Shown: positions 10,941 through 20,676 of the stretch, one piece after another
Layout: each line of letters opens with the position of its first letter
How positions within the stretch are numbered: position 1 is the first letter of the stretch
Assembly (NCBI GenBank): GCA_963708025.1
Contig: CAVPSB010000003.1
Span: 1-64,000 of the forward strand
Source of the DNA: an uncultured Candidatus Rokubacteria bacterium
GTDB lineage: Bacteria; Methylomirabilota; Methylomirabilia; Rokubacteriales; DASRDR01
Length of the DNA stretch: 64,000 nt
Reading direction: 5' to 3'
Notes under the pieces: model-generated
What the model was told of the DNA's origin: nothing
The model's database searches: none
Seen by the model: the letters and a program-made list of their open reading frames with translations, nothing else
Program-made: the position numbers and the translations under genes

Positions 10941-11879
10941 ATGGATCGCCCCCGCCCCGCGTCCGCAGCCGGGACCGTCGGCATCGAGCTGCCGGTGGTG
11001 CCCGGACAGTTCGTGATCACCGAGCGGGAGTTCCAGCAGTTCCGCGCGCTCGTCCTGCAGCAGACGGGGATCGCGCTCGGGGACAGCAAGCGCCAGCTCG
11101 TGTGCTCCCGGCTGGGGAAGCGGCTGCGGCACTACGGCTACTCGACCTTCAGCCAGTACTACGAGCACCTGGCCGAGCGGGATCCCGAGGGCCAGGAGCT
11201 GCTCCGGATGATCAATGCGATCACGACCAACAAGACCGACTTCTTCCGGGAGGCCCACCACTTCGACTTCCTCCGGTCCGCCGTCCTGCCGGCGATGCTG
11301 ACCGAGGCCGGGACCGGCGGCGCCCGGCGCCTCCGGATCTGGAGCGCCGGCTGCTCGAGCGGAGAGGAGCCGTACAGCATCGCCCTCACGGTCCTCGAGG
11401 GGCTGCCCCGGCCCTGGGCGTGGGACGCCAAGATCCTCGCCTCGGACATCGACACCGAGATGCTGGCGAGGGGGCGCGAGGGCGTGTACACCGAGGACCG
11501 GATGAGCACCATCCCGGTCGAGCTACGGGAGCGCCACTTCCTGCGGGGCCGGGGGAGCCGGGAAGGACTGGTGTGCGTGCGCCCCGAGCTGAAGGACCTG
11601 GTGGCGTTTCGCCGGATCAACCTGCGAGATGAGAGCTGGCCGATCCGGACCGTTTTCGACTGCATCTTCTGCCGCAACGTCATCATCTACTTCGACCGGG
11701 CTCTGCAAGAAGGCCTCGTCAGCCGCTTCGTCGAGCTGCTCAAGCCGGGGGGCTACCTGTTCCTCGGACACTCGGAGTCGCTGCTCGGGATGCGCCTGGG
11801 CCTCAGGTACGTGGGCAACACCGTCTATCAGAAGGCGAGCGGCGACGCGCCTGCCGGACAGGGAGGGCATCGTGGTTGA
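10941..11879 (+). CDS. cheR: Chemotaxis methyltransferase CheR
   Basis: TTNKTDFFRE, IWSAGCSSGEEPYS, IFCRNVIIYF, GHSESL. Confidence 0.96.
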   Translation: MDRPRPASAAGTVGIELPVVPGQFVITEREFQQFRALVLQQTGIALGDSKRQLVCSRLGKRLRHYGYSTFSQYYEHLAERDPEGQELLRMINAITTNKTDFFREAHHFDFLRSAVLPAMLTEAGTGGARRLRIWSAGCSSGEEPYSIALTVLEGLPRPWAWDAKILASDIDTEMLARGREGVYTEDRMSTIPVELRERHFLRGRGSREGLVCVRPELKDLVAFRRINLRDESWPIRTVFDCIFCRNVIIYFDRALQEGLVSRFVELLKPGGYLFLGHSESLLGMRLGLRYVGNTVYQKASGDAPAGQGGHRG

Positions 11880-12447
11880 GCGGCCCGAGGTGACGATTCA
11901 CATCGGGCAGGTGTACGCGACGCGGGAGCCGACCATCATCAAGACCATCCTCGGCTCCTGCATCGCCGCCTGCCTGCTGGATCCGGTGGCTCGGGTGGGA
12001 GGGATGAACCACTTCATGCTGCCGGCTCCCGCCAACGGCTCCGGAACCGGGGACGGCTCCACCTTCGGGATTCACGCGATGGACCTCCTCATCGGTGCCG
12101 TGCAGAAGGCCGGCGGCGACCGGCGACGGATCCAGGCCAAGCTGTTCGGGGGGGGACACGTGCTCCGGATGGGGGCCACCGGCAACAGCGTGCCGGAGCG
12201 GAACATCCAGTTCATCGAGGAGTTCGTGAGGACCGAGGGGATCTCGGTGGCGAGTCGCGACCTGGGCGGGTACCTGCCCCGGCGGATTCACTTCTACACC
12301 GACACCGGCAAGGTGCTGGTGAAGCGTCTGGGCCAGCACATGCTGCGCCAGACCCAGACCGAGGAGAAGGAGCACATTCGCGCGACCGCCCAGGTCGCTC
12401 CCAGCTTCGGCGAGATCACCCTGTTCGGGGACTCATCGGGAGCGTGA
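11872..12447 (+). CDS. cheD: Chemoreceptor glutamine deamidase CheD
   Basis: TILGSCIAAC, GGMNHFMLP, AKLFGGG, DLGG; GTG start overlaps the cheR end. Confidence 0.93.
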   Translation: MVERPEVTIHIGQVYATREPTIIKTILGSCIAACLLDPVARVGGMNHFMLPAPANGSGTGDGSTFGIHAMDLLIGAVQKAGGDRRRIQAKLFGGGHVLRMGATGNSVPERNIQFIEEFVRTEGISVASRDLGGYLPRRIHFYTDTGKVLVKRLGQHMLRQTQTEEKEHIRATAQVAPSFGEITLFGDSSGA

Positions 12448-12454
12448 GGCCGGC

Positions 12455-13531
12455 ATGAAGCGGAAGATCCGGGTGCTGGTGGTGGACGATTCGGCGGTCA
12501 TGCGCCAGATGCTCACCGACCTGCTCTCGCGCGATCCGCAGATCGAGATCGTCGGCACCGCCCCCGACGCGTACATCGCGCGCAGCAAGATCGTCAAGCT
12601 CGAGCCCGACGTGCTGACCCTGGACGTCGAGATGCCGCGCATGGACGGGCTGACCTTCCTGGAAAAGCTGATGCGGGCGCGACCGATGCCGGTGGTGATG
12701 GTGTCGTCGCTGACCCAGCGGGGCGGGGAGACCACCCTCCGGGCGCTGGAGCTGGGGGCGGTCGATTTCGTGCCCAAGCCCTCGCCGGACGTGATCGCGC
12801 GGATGCCGGAGGTGATCCCCGAGATCCTGGAGAAGATCAAGGCGGCCGGCGAGGCCCGGCCCCGACTGGCGGCCCGGCCCGCCCCGGCCACGGTCCGGCC
12901 TCCCCGTCCGGTGATCCGGCGCCGGCCGATGGCCGACGGGGCGGCCCGCGTCATCGTGCTGGGAGCCTCCACCGGCGGCACCGAAGCGATCCGCGAGTTC
13001 CTCATGGAGATGCCACCGGACGGGCCGGGCATCGTGATCGTCCAGCACATGCCGGAGAAGTTCACGAAGATCTTCGCCGACCGCTGCGATGCGCTCGGAG
13101 CCATGCGGGTCAAGGAGGCCGAGGATGGGGATCGGGTGCTGCAGGGCCACGTGCTCATCGCGCCTGGCAACTACCACATGAGGCTCCACCGGAACGGGGT
13201 GGGTTACGCCGTCAGCGTGGACCAGAGCCCGCCGGTCAACCGGCATCGGCCCTCCGTGGACGTGCTGTTCCAGTCCGCCGCCGAGGCGGTGGGTGGCAAC
13301 GCCGTCGGTGTGATCCTCACCGGGATCGGCGCTGACGGCGCCCGGGGCCTGCTGGAGATGAAGCGGACCGGCGCCCGGACGATCGCCCAGGACGAGGCGA
13401 CGTGCGTGGTGTTCGGCATGCCGCGGGAAGCCATCGCGCTGGGGGCAGCCGATCACGTTCTGCCCATGTCGAAGATCTGTCGCATGTCCCTCGAGCTAGC
13501 CGACGCGTCGGGCTCGGGTCCGGTGAGCTGA
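12455..13531 (+). CDS. cheB: Chemotaxis response regulator methylesterase CheB
   Basis: REC (TLDVEMP) plus GASTGG, VQHMP, RPSVDVLF, LTGIGADGA, VVFGMP. Confidence 0.97.
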   Translation: MKRKIRVLVVDDSAVMRQMLTDLLSRDPQIEIVGTAPDAYIARSKIVKLEPDVLTLDVEMPRMDGLTFLEKLMRARPMPVVMVSSLTQRGGETTLRALELGAVDFVPKPSPDVIARMPEVIPEILEKIKAAGEARPRLAARPAPATVRPPRPVIRRRPMADGAARVIVLGASTGGTEAIREFLMEMPPDGPGIVIVQHMPEKFTKIFADRCDALGAMRVKEAEDGDRVLQGHVLIAPGNYHMRLHRNGVGYAVSVDQSPPVNRHRPSVDVLFQSAAEAVGGNAVGVILTGIGADGARGLLEMKRTGARTIAQDEATCVVFGMPREAIALGAADHVLPMSKICRMSLELADASGSGPVS

Positions 13532-13553
13532 GGCGGAGAAGGAGGACCCCTCG

Positions 13554-13844
13554 ATGCCCTGGGAAGTGGACCCCGGCCGGAGCCGCGTGACGGTGAGCGG
13601 GCAGCTCGACATCTTCGAGGCGGCGCCGCTGCACCAGGCGCTGATCGAGCTCGCCCACGCGGGCCGGCCCTGCCACGTTGACCTCGCCGGCTGCGAGGAC
13701 CTGGACAGCTCGGCGCTGCAGATCTTCCTGGCGTTCCGCCGGGCCTGCGAGGATCGGGGCGGCCGGGTCGCGTTCGCCGGCGCCCAGGGCCGGGTGGCCC
13801 GACTGCTGCAGTGGTTCGGGCTCGACGGCGAGGCCCGCCAGTAG
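13554..13844 (+). CDS. STAS-domain protein
   Basis: VTVSGQLDI...VDLAGCEDLDSSALQIF with the conserved D-S-S motif; AAGGAGG SD. Confidence 0.85.
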   Translation: MPWEVDPGRSRVTVSGQLDIFEAAPLHQALIELAHAGRPCHVDLAGCEDLDSSALQIFLAFRRACEDRGGRVAFAGAQGRVARLLQWFGLDGEARQ

Positions 13845-13859
13845 CCGATCAGTAGCCGA

Positions 13860-15212
13860 TCAGCCCCCCTCGAGCTTCTTCCGGAGGGTCTGGCGGGAGA
13901 TTCCCAGGTTCTTGGCGGCCAGGCTCTTGTTCCCCTTGGCCCGCTGCACCGCCTGGAGGATGTAGGCGCGCTCCATGTCGGCCAGGGTCCCCATCTCGGC
14001 CGACGCCGTGACGGGGAGCGCCGTCTCGTCGGTGACCGGCACCACGAACGGCGGCGGCAGGTGCTGGGGCTGGATCCAGTCCGACGCGCTCAGGATGACC
14101 AGCCGCTCGATCAGGTTCTTCAGCTCGCGCACGTTGCCCGGCCAGCCGTAGCCCATCAGGAGCTTCTCGGTCTCGGGGGCGAGCCCCCGGATACTCTTGT
14201 GGAACGTGGTGTTCAGCTCCGTCAGGAAGTGCCGGGCCAGGGGGAGGAGGTCCTCCTTGCGGGAGCGCAGGGGTGGGATGGTCACCGGGATGACGTTGAG
14301 GCGGTAGAACAGGTCTTCCCGGAACTTCCCGTCCTTGACCATGGCCTCCAGTGGTCGGTTGGTGGCCGCGACGATCCGCACGTTGACCTTGATGTCCCGG
14401 GTGCCGCCCACCCGGCGCACTACCCGCTCCTGGAGCGATCGCAGGAGCTTGGCCTGGCTCCCGGCCGACATCTCGCTCACCTCGTCGAGGAACAGGGTGC
14501 CCCGGTCCGCCAGCTCCATCAGTCCCTTCTTGGTGGCCTTGGCGTCGGTGAACGAGCCCTTCTCGTGGCCGAACAGCTCGCTCTCGAACAGGGTGTCCGT
14601 GATGGCGGCGCAGTTGACCTCCATGAAGGGGGAGTCCCGCCGCGGCCCTTCGTAGTGGAGGCCCTTCGCCACCAGCTCCTTCCCGGTGCCGCTCTCGCCC
14701 AGGATGAGGATCGTCTGGGCCTCGCTCTGGGCCAGCTGGCGGACGATCTGGCGGAGGTGGCGGGTGGCCTCCGAGTCGCCGACCAGCCGGTTGACCCCGT
14801 ACTGCCGGGCCTGGATCCCGTGAAGCCGGTTGATCTCCCGCCGGGCCTTGACCTCGTCGAGTGCGCGCGCGACCGCCAGGCGGAGCTTGTCCAGGGGCTC
14901 GAAGGGCTTTTCCAGGTAGTCGCTGGCCCCGTACTTCATGGCCTCCACGGCACTCGGAATCTGTCCGAAGGCCGTGATCATGACCACCGCGGCGTCCGGC
15001 CGACGCGCCTTGAGGGCCTTGAGGATGTCGATGCCGTCGGCGTCGGGGAGGCGCAGGTCGAGCAGGATGACGTCGGGGTCCACATCGTCGGCGAGCTGGA
15101 GCCCCTCGGCGCCGGTGCCGGCTCCGTGGACCTCAACCTGATCCTGACCCAGGACCCGGGTCAGGAGGGCGCGGACGTTCTTCTCGTCGTCGATGACCAG
15201 GACGCTATCCAT
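13860..15212 (-). CDS. NtrC/AtoC-family sigma54-dependent response regulator
   Basis: REC; Walker A GESGTGKE; ESELFGHEKGSFTDA; LFLDE; REDLFYRL; WPGNVREL; Fis-type HTH. Confidence 0.95.
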   Translation of the reverse strand: MDSVLVIDDEKNVRALLTRVLGQDQVEVHGAGTGAEGLQLADDVDPDVILLDLRLPDADGIDILKALKARRPDAAVVMITAFGQIPSAVEAMKYGASDYLEKPFEPLDKLRLAVARALDEVKARREINRLHGIQARQYGVNRLVGDSEATRHLRQIVRQLAQSEAQTILILGESGTGKELVAKGLHYEGPRRDSPFMEVNCAAITDTLFESELFGHEKGSFTDAKATKKGLMELADRGTLFLDEVSEMSAGSQAKLLRSLQERVVRRVGGTRDIKVNVRIVAATNRPLEAMVKDGKFREDLFYRLNVIPVTIPPLRSRKEDLLPLARHFLTELNTTFHKSIRGLAPETEKLLMGYGWPGNVRELKNLIERLVILSASDWIQPQHLPPPFVVPVTDETALPVTASAEMGTLADMERAYILQAVQRAKGNKSLAAKNLGISRQTLRKKLEGG

Positions 15213-15330
15213 CGGACCGAGCTAAAATACGCGCCTGGTCAATTTCTTGTCAATCTTTGCCTTCGGGGGGTCTCGAGGCTCGTGGGGGACCCGGCCTCCG
15301 AGGGGACACCCCGGGGTGAAAGGGGGAGCC

Positions 15331-16116
15331 ATGGGTGGCGGGACCGTGCTGGTGGAGCAGGCGGACGGCATCGCGACGGTGACGCTGAACCGACCCGACG
15401 CGCGGAACGCGCTCGACCTCGTGATGCGGGAAGAGCTGGAGGCGACCCTGGCCGGCCTGGAGGCCGAGCCGACGGTGCGAGTGCTGGTGCTGCGGGGGGC
15501 CGGCGAGCACTTCTGCGCCGGCGGCGACGTCAAGTTCATGCAGGCCAGCCGGATGTCGGCCAGCGAGGGCCAGCAGCGGGTCGAGGCGATGAACCGGGCG
15601 ATCCTGGCGCTGGCGCGCTTCCGCACGCCGACCATCGCCATGGTGGACGGGTACGCCGTCGGCGCGGGCTGCAACCTGGCCCTGGCCTGCGACCTGGTGG
15701 TCGCATCGGATCGCGCGCGGTTCGGCGAGGTCTTCGCCCGCATCGGGCTCATTCCGGACGGAGGCGGCATCTACCTGCTGCCGCGGCGGGTGGGCCTGGC
15801 CCGGGCGAAGGAGCTGGTCTTCACGGCGGAGATCATCGAAGCCGCCGACGCCGAGCGGATCGGCCTGGTCAATCGCGTCGTCCCGACCGGCGAGCTCACG
15901 GCCCAGACCCAGGCGCTCGCCCGGCGGATCGCCGCCGGACCGCCCCGGGCTCATGCGATGGCCAAGTCGCTGCTCAACCGGTCGTTCGCTCTCGACCTCG
16001 AGACCAGCCTGGCCTGGGAGGGGCTGGCCCAGGGCATGATGATCGAGTCGGAGGATCACCGCGAAGGGCTGACGGCCTTCTTCGAGAAGCGCTCGCCCAG
16101 GTTCACCGGCCGCTAG
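15331..16116 (+). CDS. Enoyl-CoA hydratase/isomerase
   Basis: LNRPDARNAL, FCAGGD, AVGAGCNLALACD, GLIPDGG, EGLTAFFEKR. Confidence 0.93.
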   Translation: MGGGTVLVEQADGIATVTLNRPDARNALDLVMREELEATLAGLEAEPTVRVLVLRGAGEHFCAGGDVKFMQASRMSASEGQQRVEAMNRAILALARFRTPTIAMVDGYAVGAGCNLALACDLVVASDRARFGEVFARIGLIPDGGGIYLLPRRVGLARAKELVFTAEIIEAADAERIGLVNRVVPTGELTAQTQALARRIAAGPPRAHAMAKSLLNRSFALDLETSLAWEGLAQGMMIESEDHREGLTAFFEKRSPRFTGR

Positions 16117-16270
16117 TGCCGTTCCAACCTGTTCCAGCCAATGCGTTCGAGGAATGCGGCAAGTCCGTGCTTCAAGAATCTTGCCCATTTTGCCTCATGT
16201 AGTTGGAACGGCACTAGGACCCTTGAGCGCGGTTGAGTGAAACCGCGCGCCGGACGGGCGATTCCTTTCC

Positions 16271-16300
16271 TTGACACTGCTCGGAAGCCAATAGTACGGT
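16271..16300 (+). promoter_or_regulatory. Putative sigma70 promoter for fabH
   Basis: TTGACA-18 nt-TACGGT. Confidence 0.5.
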
Positions 16301-16331
16301 AAGCGGGGCGGCGGCGCTCCGAGAGGCGAAC

Positions 16332-17426
16332 ATGAAGAAGTCGAAGATCATCGGGACCGGGATGGCGGTGCCCGACTGCGTGGTGGACAACCACCTGCTG
16401 GCGCGGTGCTTCGCGACGTCCGACGAGTGGATCACCCAGCGCACCGGCATCAAGGAGCGTCGGGTGTCGCCCAGCACCTACCGCTTCCTCTGCCGGCTGG
16501 CCGAGGCCCCCGACAAGGACGCCTGCCTGCGCGACGTCTACGAGCGCGGAATCGACGGCAAGCTCGACTCCGAGCTGACGCCGGCCGATCTCGGGTACGA
16601 GGCCTGCCAGATGGCGCTGAAGAACGCCGGCCTCCAGATCGACGACATCGACCTGATCGTCGACACGACGACGATCCCCGAGTACGCCTACCCGCACACG
16701 GGTTGCGTGCTGTCCTCCAAGTTCGGCCTCACGACCACGCCGGTCCTGAATCTCCAGCAGGGGTGCGCGGGATTCGTGTACGCGCTCGCCACCGCCGACG
16801 CCTTCATCCGGATGGGGATGTACGAGCGCGTGCTGGTGGTCGGGGCCGAGATGCTGTCCACGATGATGGAGTACTCGGATCGGGGCCGCGACATGGCCGT
16901 TCTCTTCGCGGACGGCGCCGGCGCGCTCGTGCTGCAGGCGGTGGACCCCCGCTCGCCCAGCGGGCTCATCTCCCACCATCTCCACACCGACGGCACGATC
17001 CTCGACAAGCTCTACGGGGAGATCTACGGCAACTCGACCTACCCGCTGGTCTCCAAGAAGAAGATCGACGACGGGCGGGCCCGCCCCCGGATGAACGGGC
17101 GGGCGGTGTTCGTCCAGGCCGTCCGGCGCTTCAAGGAGGTCATGCACGAGTGCCTGAGCGCCAACGCGCTCACCCCGGCCGACGTGGACCTCTACCTCTT
17201 CCACCAGGCGAATCTCAGAATCCTGGACGCCATCGCCGAGCACGCCAAGATCCCGGCCGCCAAGATGTTCACCAACGTGCACAAGTACGGGAACACCTCG
17301 GCGGCGTCGGTGCCCATCTGCATCCACGAGGCCTTCACCGAGGGGCGCATCAAGGAGGGCGACCTCGTCCTCACCGCGGCCTTCGGGACGGGATTCGCCT
17401 GGGGGGCGACGCTCCTCCGCTGGTAG
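16332..17426 (+). CDS. fabH: 3-oxoacyl-ACP synthase III
   Basis: TSDEWITQRTGIKERR, Cys-His-Asn triad (GCAGF, HQANLRI, GNTSAAS), FGTGFAWG. Confidence 0.9.
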   Translation: MKKSKIIGTGMAVPDCVVDNHLLARCFATSDEWITQRTGIKERRVSPSTYRFLCRLAEAPDKDACLRDVYERGIDGKLDSELTPADLGYEACQMALKNAGLQIDDIDLIVDTTTIPEYAYPHTGCVLSSKFGLTTTPVLNLQQGCAGFVYALATADAFIRMGMYERVLVVGAEMLSTMMEYSDRGRDMAVLFADGAGALVLQAVDPRSPSGLISHHLHTDGTILDKLYGEIYGNSTYPLVSKKKIDDGRARPRMNGRAVFVQAVRRFKEVMHECLSANALTPADVDLYLFHQANLRILDAIAEHAKIPAAKMFTNVHKYGNTSAASVPICIHEAFTEGRIKEGDLVLTAAFGTGFAWGATLLRW

Positions 17427-17437
17427 GCCAGAGGGCG

Positions 17438-17460
17438 CGGGGGGTCTCGGAAGACCCCCG
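17438..17460. repeat. Hairpin repeat family D, copy 1
   Basis: cggggggtct-cgga-agacccccg; near-identical to 33026-33053; part of a larger multibranch palindrome to about 17541. Confidence 0.7.
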
Positions 17461-17598
17461 GATTTCCCCCTCCGGTTGCGCCCGCCGGGCACCCACGCCT
17501 TGAGGCGGCGCGTAGCGCCTCCGCGTGGGTAGGCGCTCTGACGCTCTCCACGGCTCACGTCGCGCTGAAGGCGACGCAGCCTCTTCCGACGAACGTCC

Positions 17599-18279
17599 TT
17601 AGATCACCGGCGTCCCGGTCGGTGTGGCAGTCGGCGTCGGCGTCAGAGTGGGCGTGCCGGTCGGCGTCGGTGTCGGCGAGGGCGAGGGTGCCGGCGCCGC
17701 ACAGCCGGTCGGCTGGGCCTCCTGCGTTACCCCCGCGACGAAGGTCACCGTGAGCGCGCCCTGCGTCGAGAGGCGGTTCCCGCGCCCATCACGTCCCTGG
17801 AGGACGATGGTGGCCGTCGTCCCGAGGGGCAGGCCAGGCCGCGGGTTGAGCGGCGGCTCGCGCTTGACGTTGGCCGGCACGATCACGATCGTGGCGGTGG
17901 CGCTGCCCGGCGTCCCCGCCGGAACGCTGAACGACGTGTTGAGGGTGAAGGGTCCGGGTGGCGGACCGCCGTCGAAGCGGCTGAAGCTGACCGTGTAGGA
18001 CGTGATCGTCACGTTGTCGAGAACGGTGGGCGCGCTCACGGTGGGGTTCTTCAGGGTGTTCGTGACCGCGACGCAGACCGCCGTCGAGGCGCCGGGATCG
18101 TCCAGCGACGAGTTCGCCGAGCCTTGGCCGTTATTCCCCGTGATCTGGGCGACGCTCAGGAAGACGAAGGCGCTGCCGCTCTGCCCCGAGCCGCCGCCGC
18201 CGCAGGCGGCGAGCAGGAGGAGCGTGAGGGCTGGCCATGGCAGGCGCGCCGCCCCGGAGCGGATCCGATCAACGGTCAC
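17599..18279 (-). CDS. Hypothetical lipoprotein with Pro/Thr-rich tail, last gene of the T2SS operon
   Basis: Lipobox LLLLAA-C, beta-rich core, C-terminal (PT)n; start overlaps the gspD end. Confidence 0.75.
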   Translation of the reverse strand: MTVDRIRSGAARLPWPALTLLLLAACGGGGSGQSGSAFVFLSVAQITGNNGQGSANSSLDDPGASTAVCVAVTNTLKNPTVSAPTVLDNVTITSYTVSFSRFDGGPPPGPFTLNTSFSVPAGTPGSATATIVIVPANVKREPPLNPRPGLPLGTTATIVLQGRDGRGNRLSTQGALTVTFVAGVTQEAQPTGCAAPAPSPSPTPTPTGTPTLTPTPTATPTGTPVI

Positions 18280-20676
18280 CTGAGGCGCCTCCTTGAGCCG
18301 GGACGGGCGCGGGCCGGGCCCGCGGCGCCTGGTCTCCCGGCACGACTGGCTCGACCGGTTCGGGCTTCAGGACGCTGGGGTGCGTCCGCATGTTCCTCTG
18401 GAGCTCCGGACGCTGGGCCCGGATCTGCTCGTAGAGCTCGCGGGCCTCGGTCGGGTCCCCGATGACCCGGGGGGTGATCAGCAGCAACAGCTCGTTCCGC
18501 TCGAAGGTGTCGGTCGTCTTCCCGAACAGGAAGCCCACGACCGGGATCCTCGACAGGCCGGGGATTCCCGCCTGGGAGTTCGCCCGGCGGGTCCGGATCA
18601 GGCCGCCCAGGACCAGGGTCTGGTTGTCGTGGAGGACCACCGACGTCTCCGCCTCTCGCTTGTTGATGATCGGCGAGCCGCTGGGCGGCTGCTGGGGGCC
18701 GATGTCGTTGACGGTCTGCTTGAGGTCGAGCGCGACCACCCGCTTGTCGCTGATCCGCGGGGTGACCGTGAGGATGATCCCGGCGTCCCGGTACTCGACG
18801 TTGCTGCTCTGGATCGTGGTCGGGGGCGTCTGGGCCGTGCTCACCACCGTCCCCGGCTGGGCGCCCGTGAACTGGGTGACGATGGGAACCGACTGACTGA
18901 CGTTGATGATCGCCTTCTTGTTCTCGGAGGTCAGGATGTGCGGGCTCGACAGGACGTTCACCTTGCCGTAGTTGGCGTAGAGATTGAGGAGTCCCAGGAA
19001 CCGATCCGTCTCGAAGACGAAGAAGCTGAAGCCCTGGAAGGGCGGCACCAGCACCGGGAGACCGGGCAGCGTCGGCGTGCCGCCCGGTAGAGTGGGCCCC
19101 GGCCCACCGACGTCCACCCGGGAGACGGTGCCGACGTTGTAGGTCTGGCCGCCGACGTTGACGTTCCGCTGGTTGCGGAGCGTCCACTCCAGGCCGAGGT
19201 CGTTCTCGTCGGTGAGCTGGATCTCGGCGACCAGCACCTCGATGAGGACCTGCTTCGGCGTCCGGTCCAGCTTCCGGATCGTGTCCTCGATGAGCGGCCA
19301 GTTGCGGGGGAAGGTCGTGATGACCAGCGCGTTGTTCGGCTCGTCGGCGACCACCTTCACCTGTCCCTCGACCACCCCCGGCTCGCTCTCGCCGCCGGAC
19401 GCCGGGCCGGTGGGCCCGGACGGCGCGATGGCGGGCTGGATCACGAGGCCGGGCGGCGCCCCGGGGAACGCGGGCGGCAGCCCTCCCCGCTCGCGGGCGG
19501 CGGCGCCCGTCTCGGCCTCCCGACTCGGCCGCCCGAAGATCTCGGTCAGGGTGGCGGCCAGGTCCTTGGACTTCACGTTCTCGACGTAGTAGACGAAGAC
19601 CCGCTTGTTGGCCTGGGTGTCCACGTCGAGCTGGGTGAGGAGCTGGGTGACGATGTCGAGGTCGGCGCGCCGGGCGGAGACGATCAGGGCGTTCGTCCGC
19701 TTGTCGGCGAGGATCAGGGGAGGCCGCTCCGCGCCCTCGCCGGCGGCGGCGCCTGGGACAGCGGGGGCGGTCGGCGTGGCCGGGCGGGGCGCAATTGCCG
19801 CAGTCGGCGTGCGAGCCCGGCGTCCCGCGAAGAAGTCGCTCAGGATCTTGGCCAGCTCCACCGCGTCGGCGTACCGCACCTGGATGATGCGCAACTCGTC
19901 GGTCGTGACCTCGACGTCGAGGGCCCGGACGATCTGGAGCAGGCGGGCGATGTTCCCCACGGTGTCGGTGACGATCAGCAGGCTGCCGTGGACGACCACG
20001 TTCCCGCCCTGGACGAACGCCCGGATGGTGGCCGCGATGCGGTCGGCCGGGGCGTAGGTGAGCGGCACGATCTGGGTGATGACCTGGTCGTCGGACCGAC
20101 CCGGATCGGGCTGGGCGCCGATGATCGTCGGCACCGGCCGCTCGCGGGCGGTCGCCAGGGGGACGATCTTGTAGAGGTTGCCGGAGCGGACCGCGGTGAC
20201 GCCGTTGACCTCCAGGACCGCGAGCAGGATGTTGAAGACCTCGTCCTCGGGGATCCGGCCGGAGGTCTGCACGGTGACCTTCTTGCCCGCGACGCCAGGA
20301 CCGATGGTGTAGTTGAACCCGGCGATCTCGCTGGCGGCCTGGATCACGGCCTCGATGTCCGCGTTGTCGAAGTTCAGGACGATCTGGCGGCCGCGCCCGG
20401 GCGGGCCGGGCGGCCGGACGCCGGGAGGCGGGGCGGGCGCCGTGGTCGGGGGGCCGCCCGGACCAGCGACGGGGCGGCGCCGGTCCCCGGCGCCTGGGCG
20501 GCGACGTCCGGGGAGGCCGGCTGCCCCGCCGGCGCCGGCGTCGCGGGGGTCGGCGCCGTGACGGGCGGCCGGGGCCGGAGGGGAGGAGGAGTGACGACCC
20601 GCGCCTCGCGCCCCGCGCAGGCGGCGGCGAGCCCGGCGACGAGCAGGAGGCCGATCCGGCGGCGGGGACCCCTCAC
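18269..20676 (-). CDS. gspD: Type II secretion secretin GspD (lipoprotein signal; frameshift at about 20460)
   Basis: LNFDNADI, QVLIEVLVAE, VLSSPHILT, GIILTVTPRI, GIPGLSRIP; the true N-terminus (LAAA-C) is in ORF 20374..20676, whose GTG overlaps the gspC stop. Confidence 0.9.
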
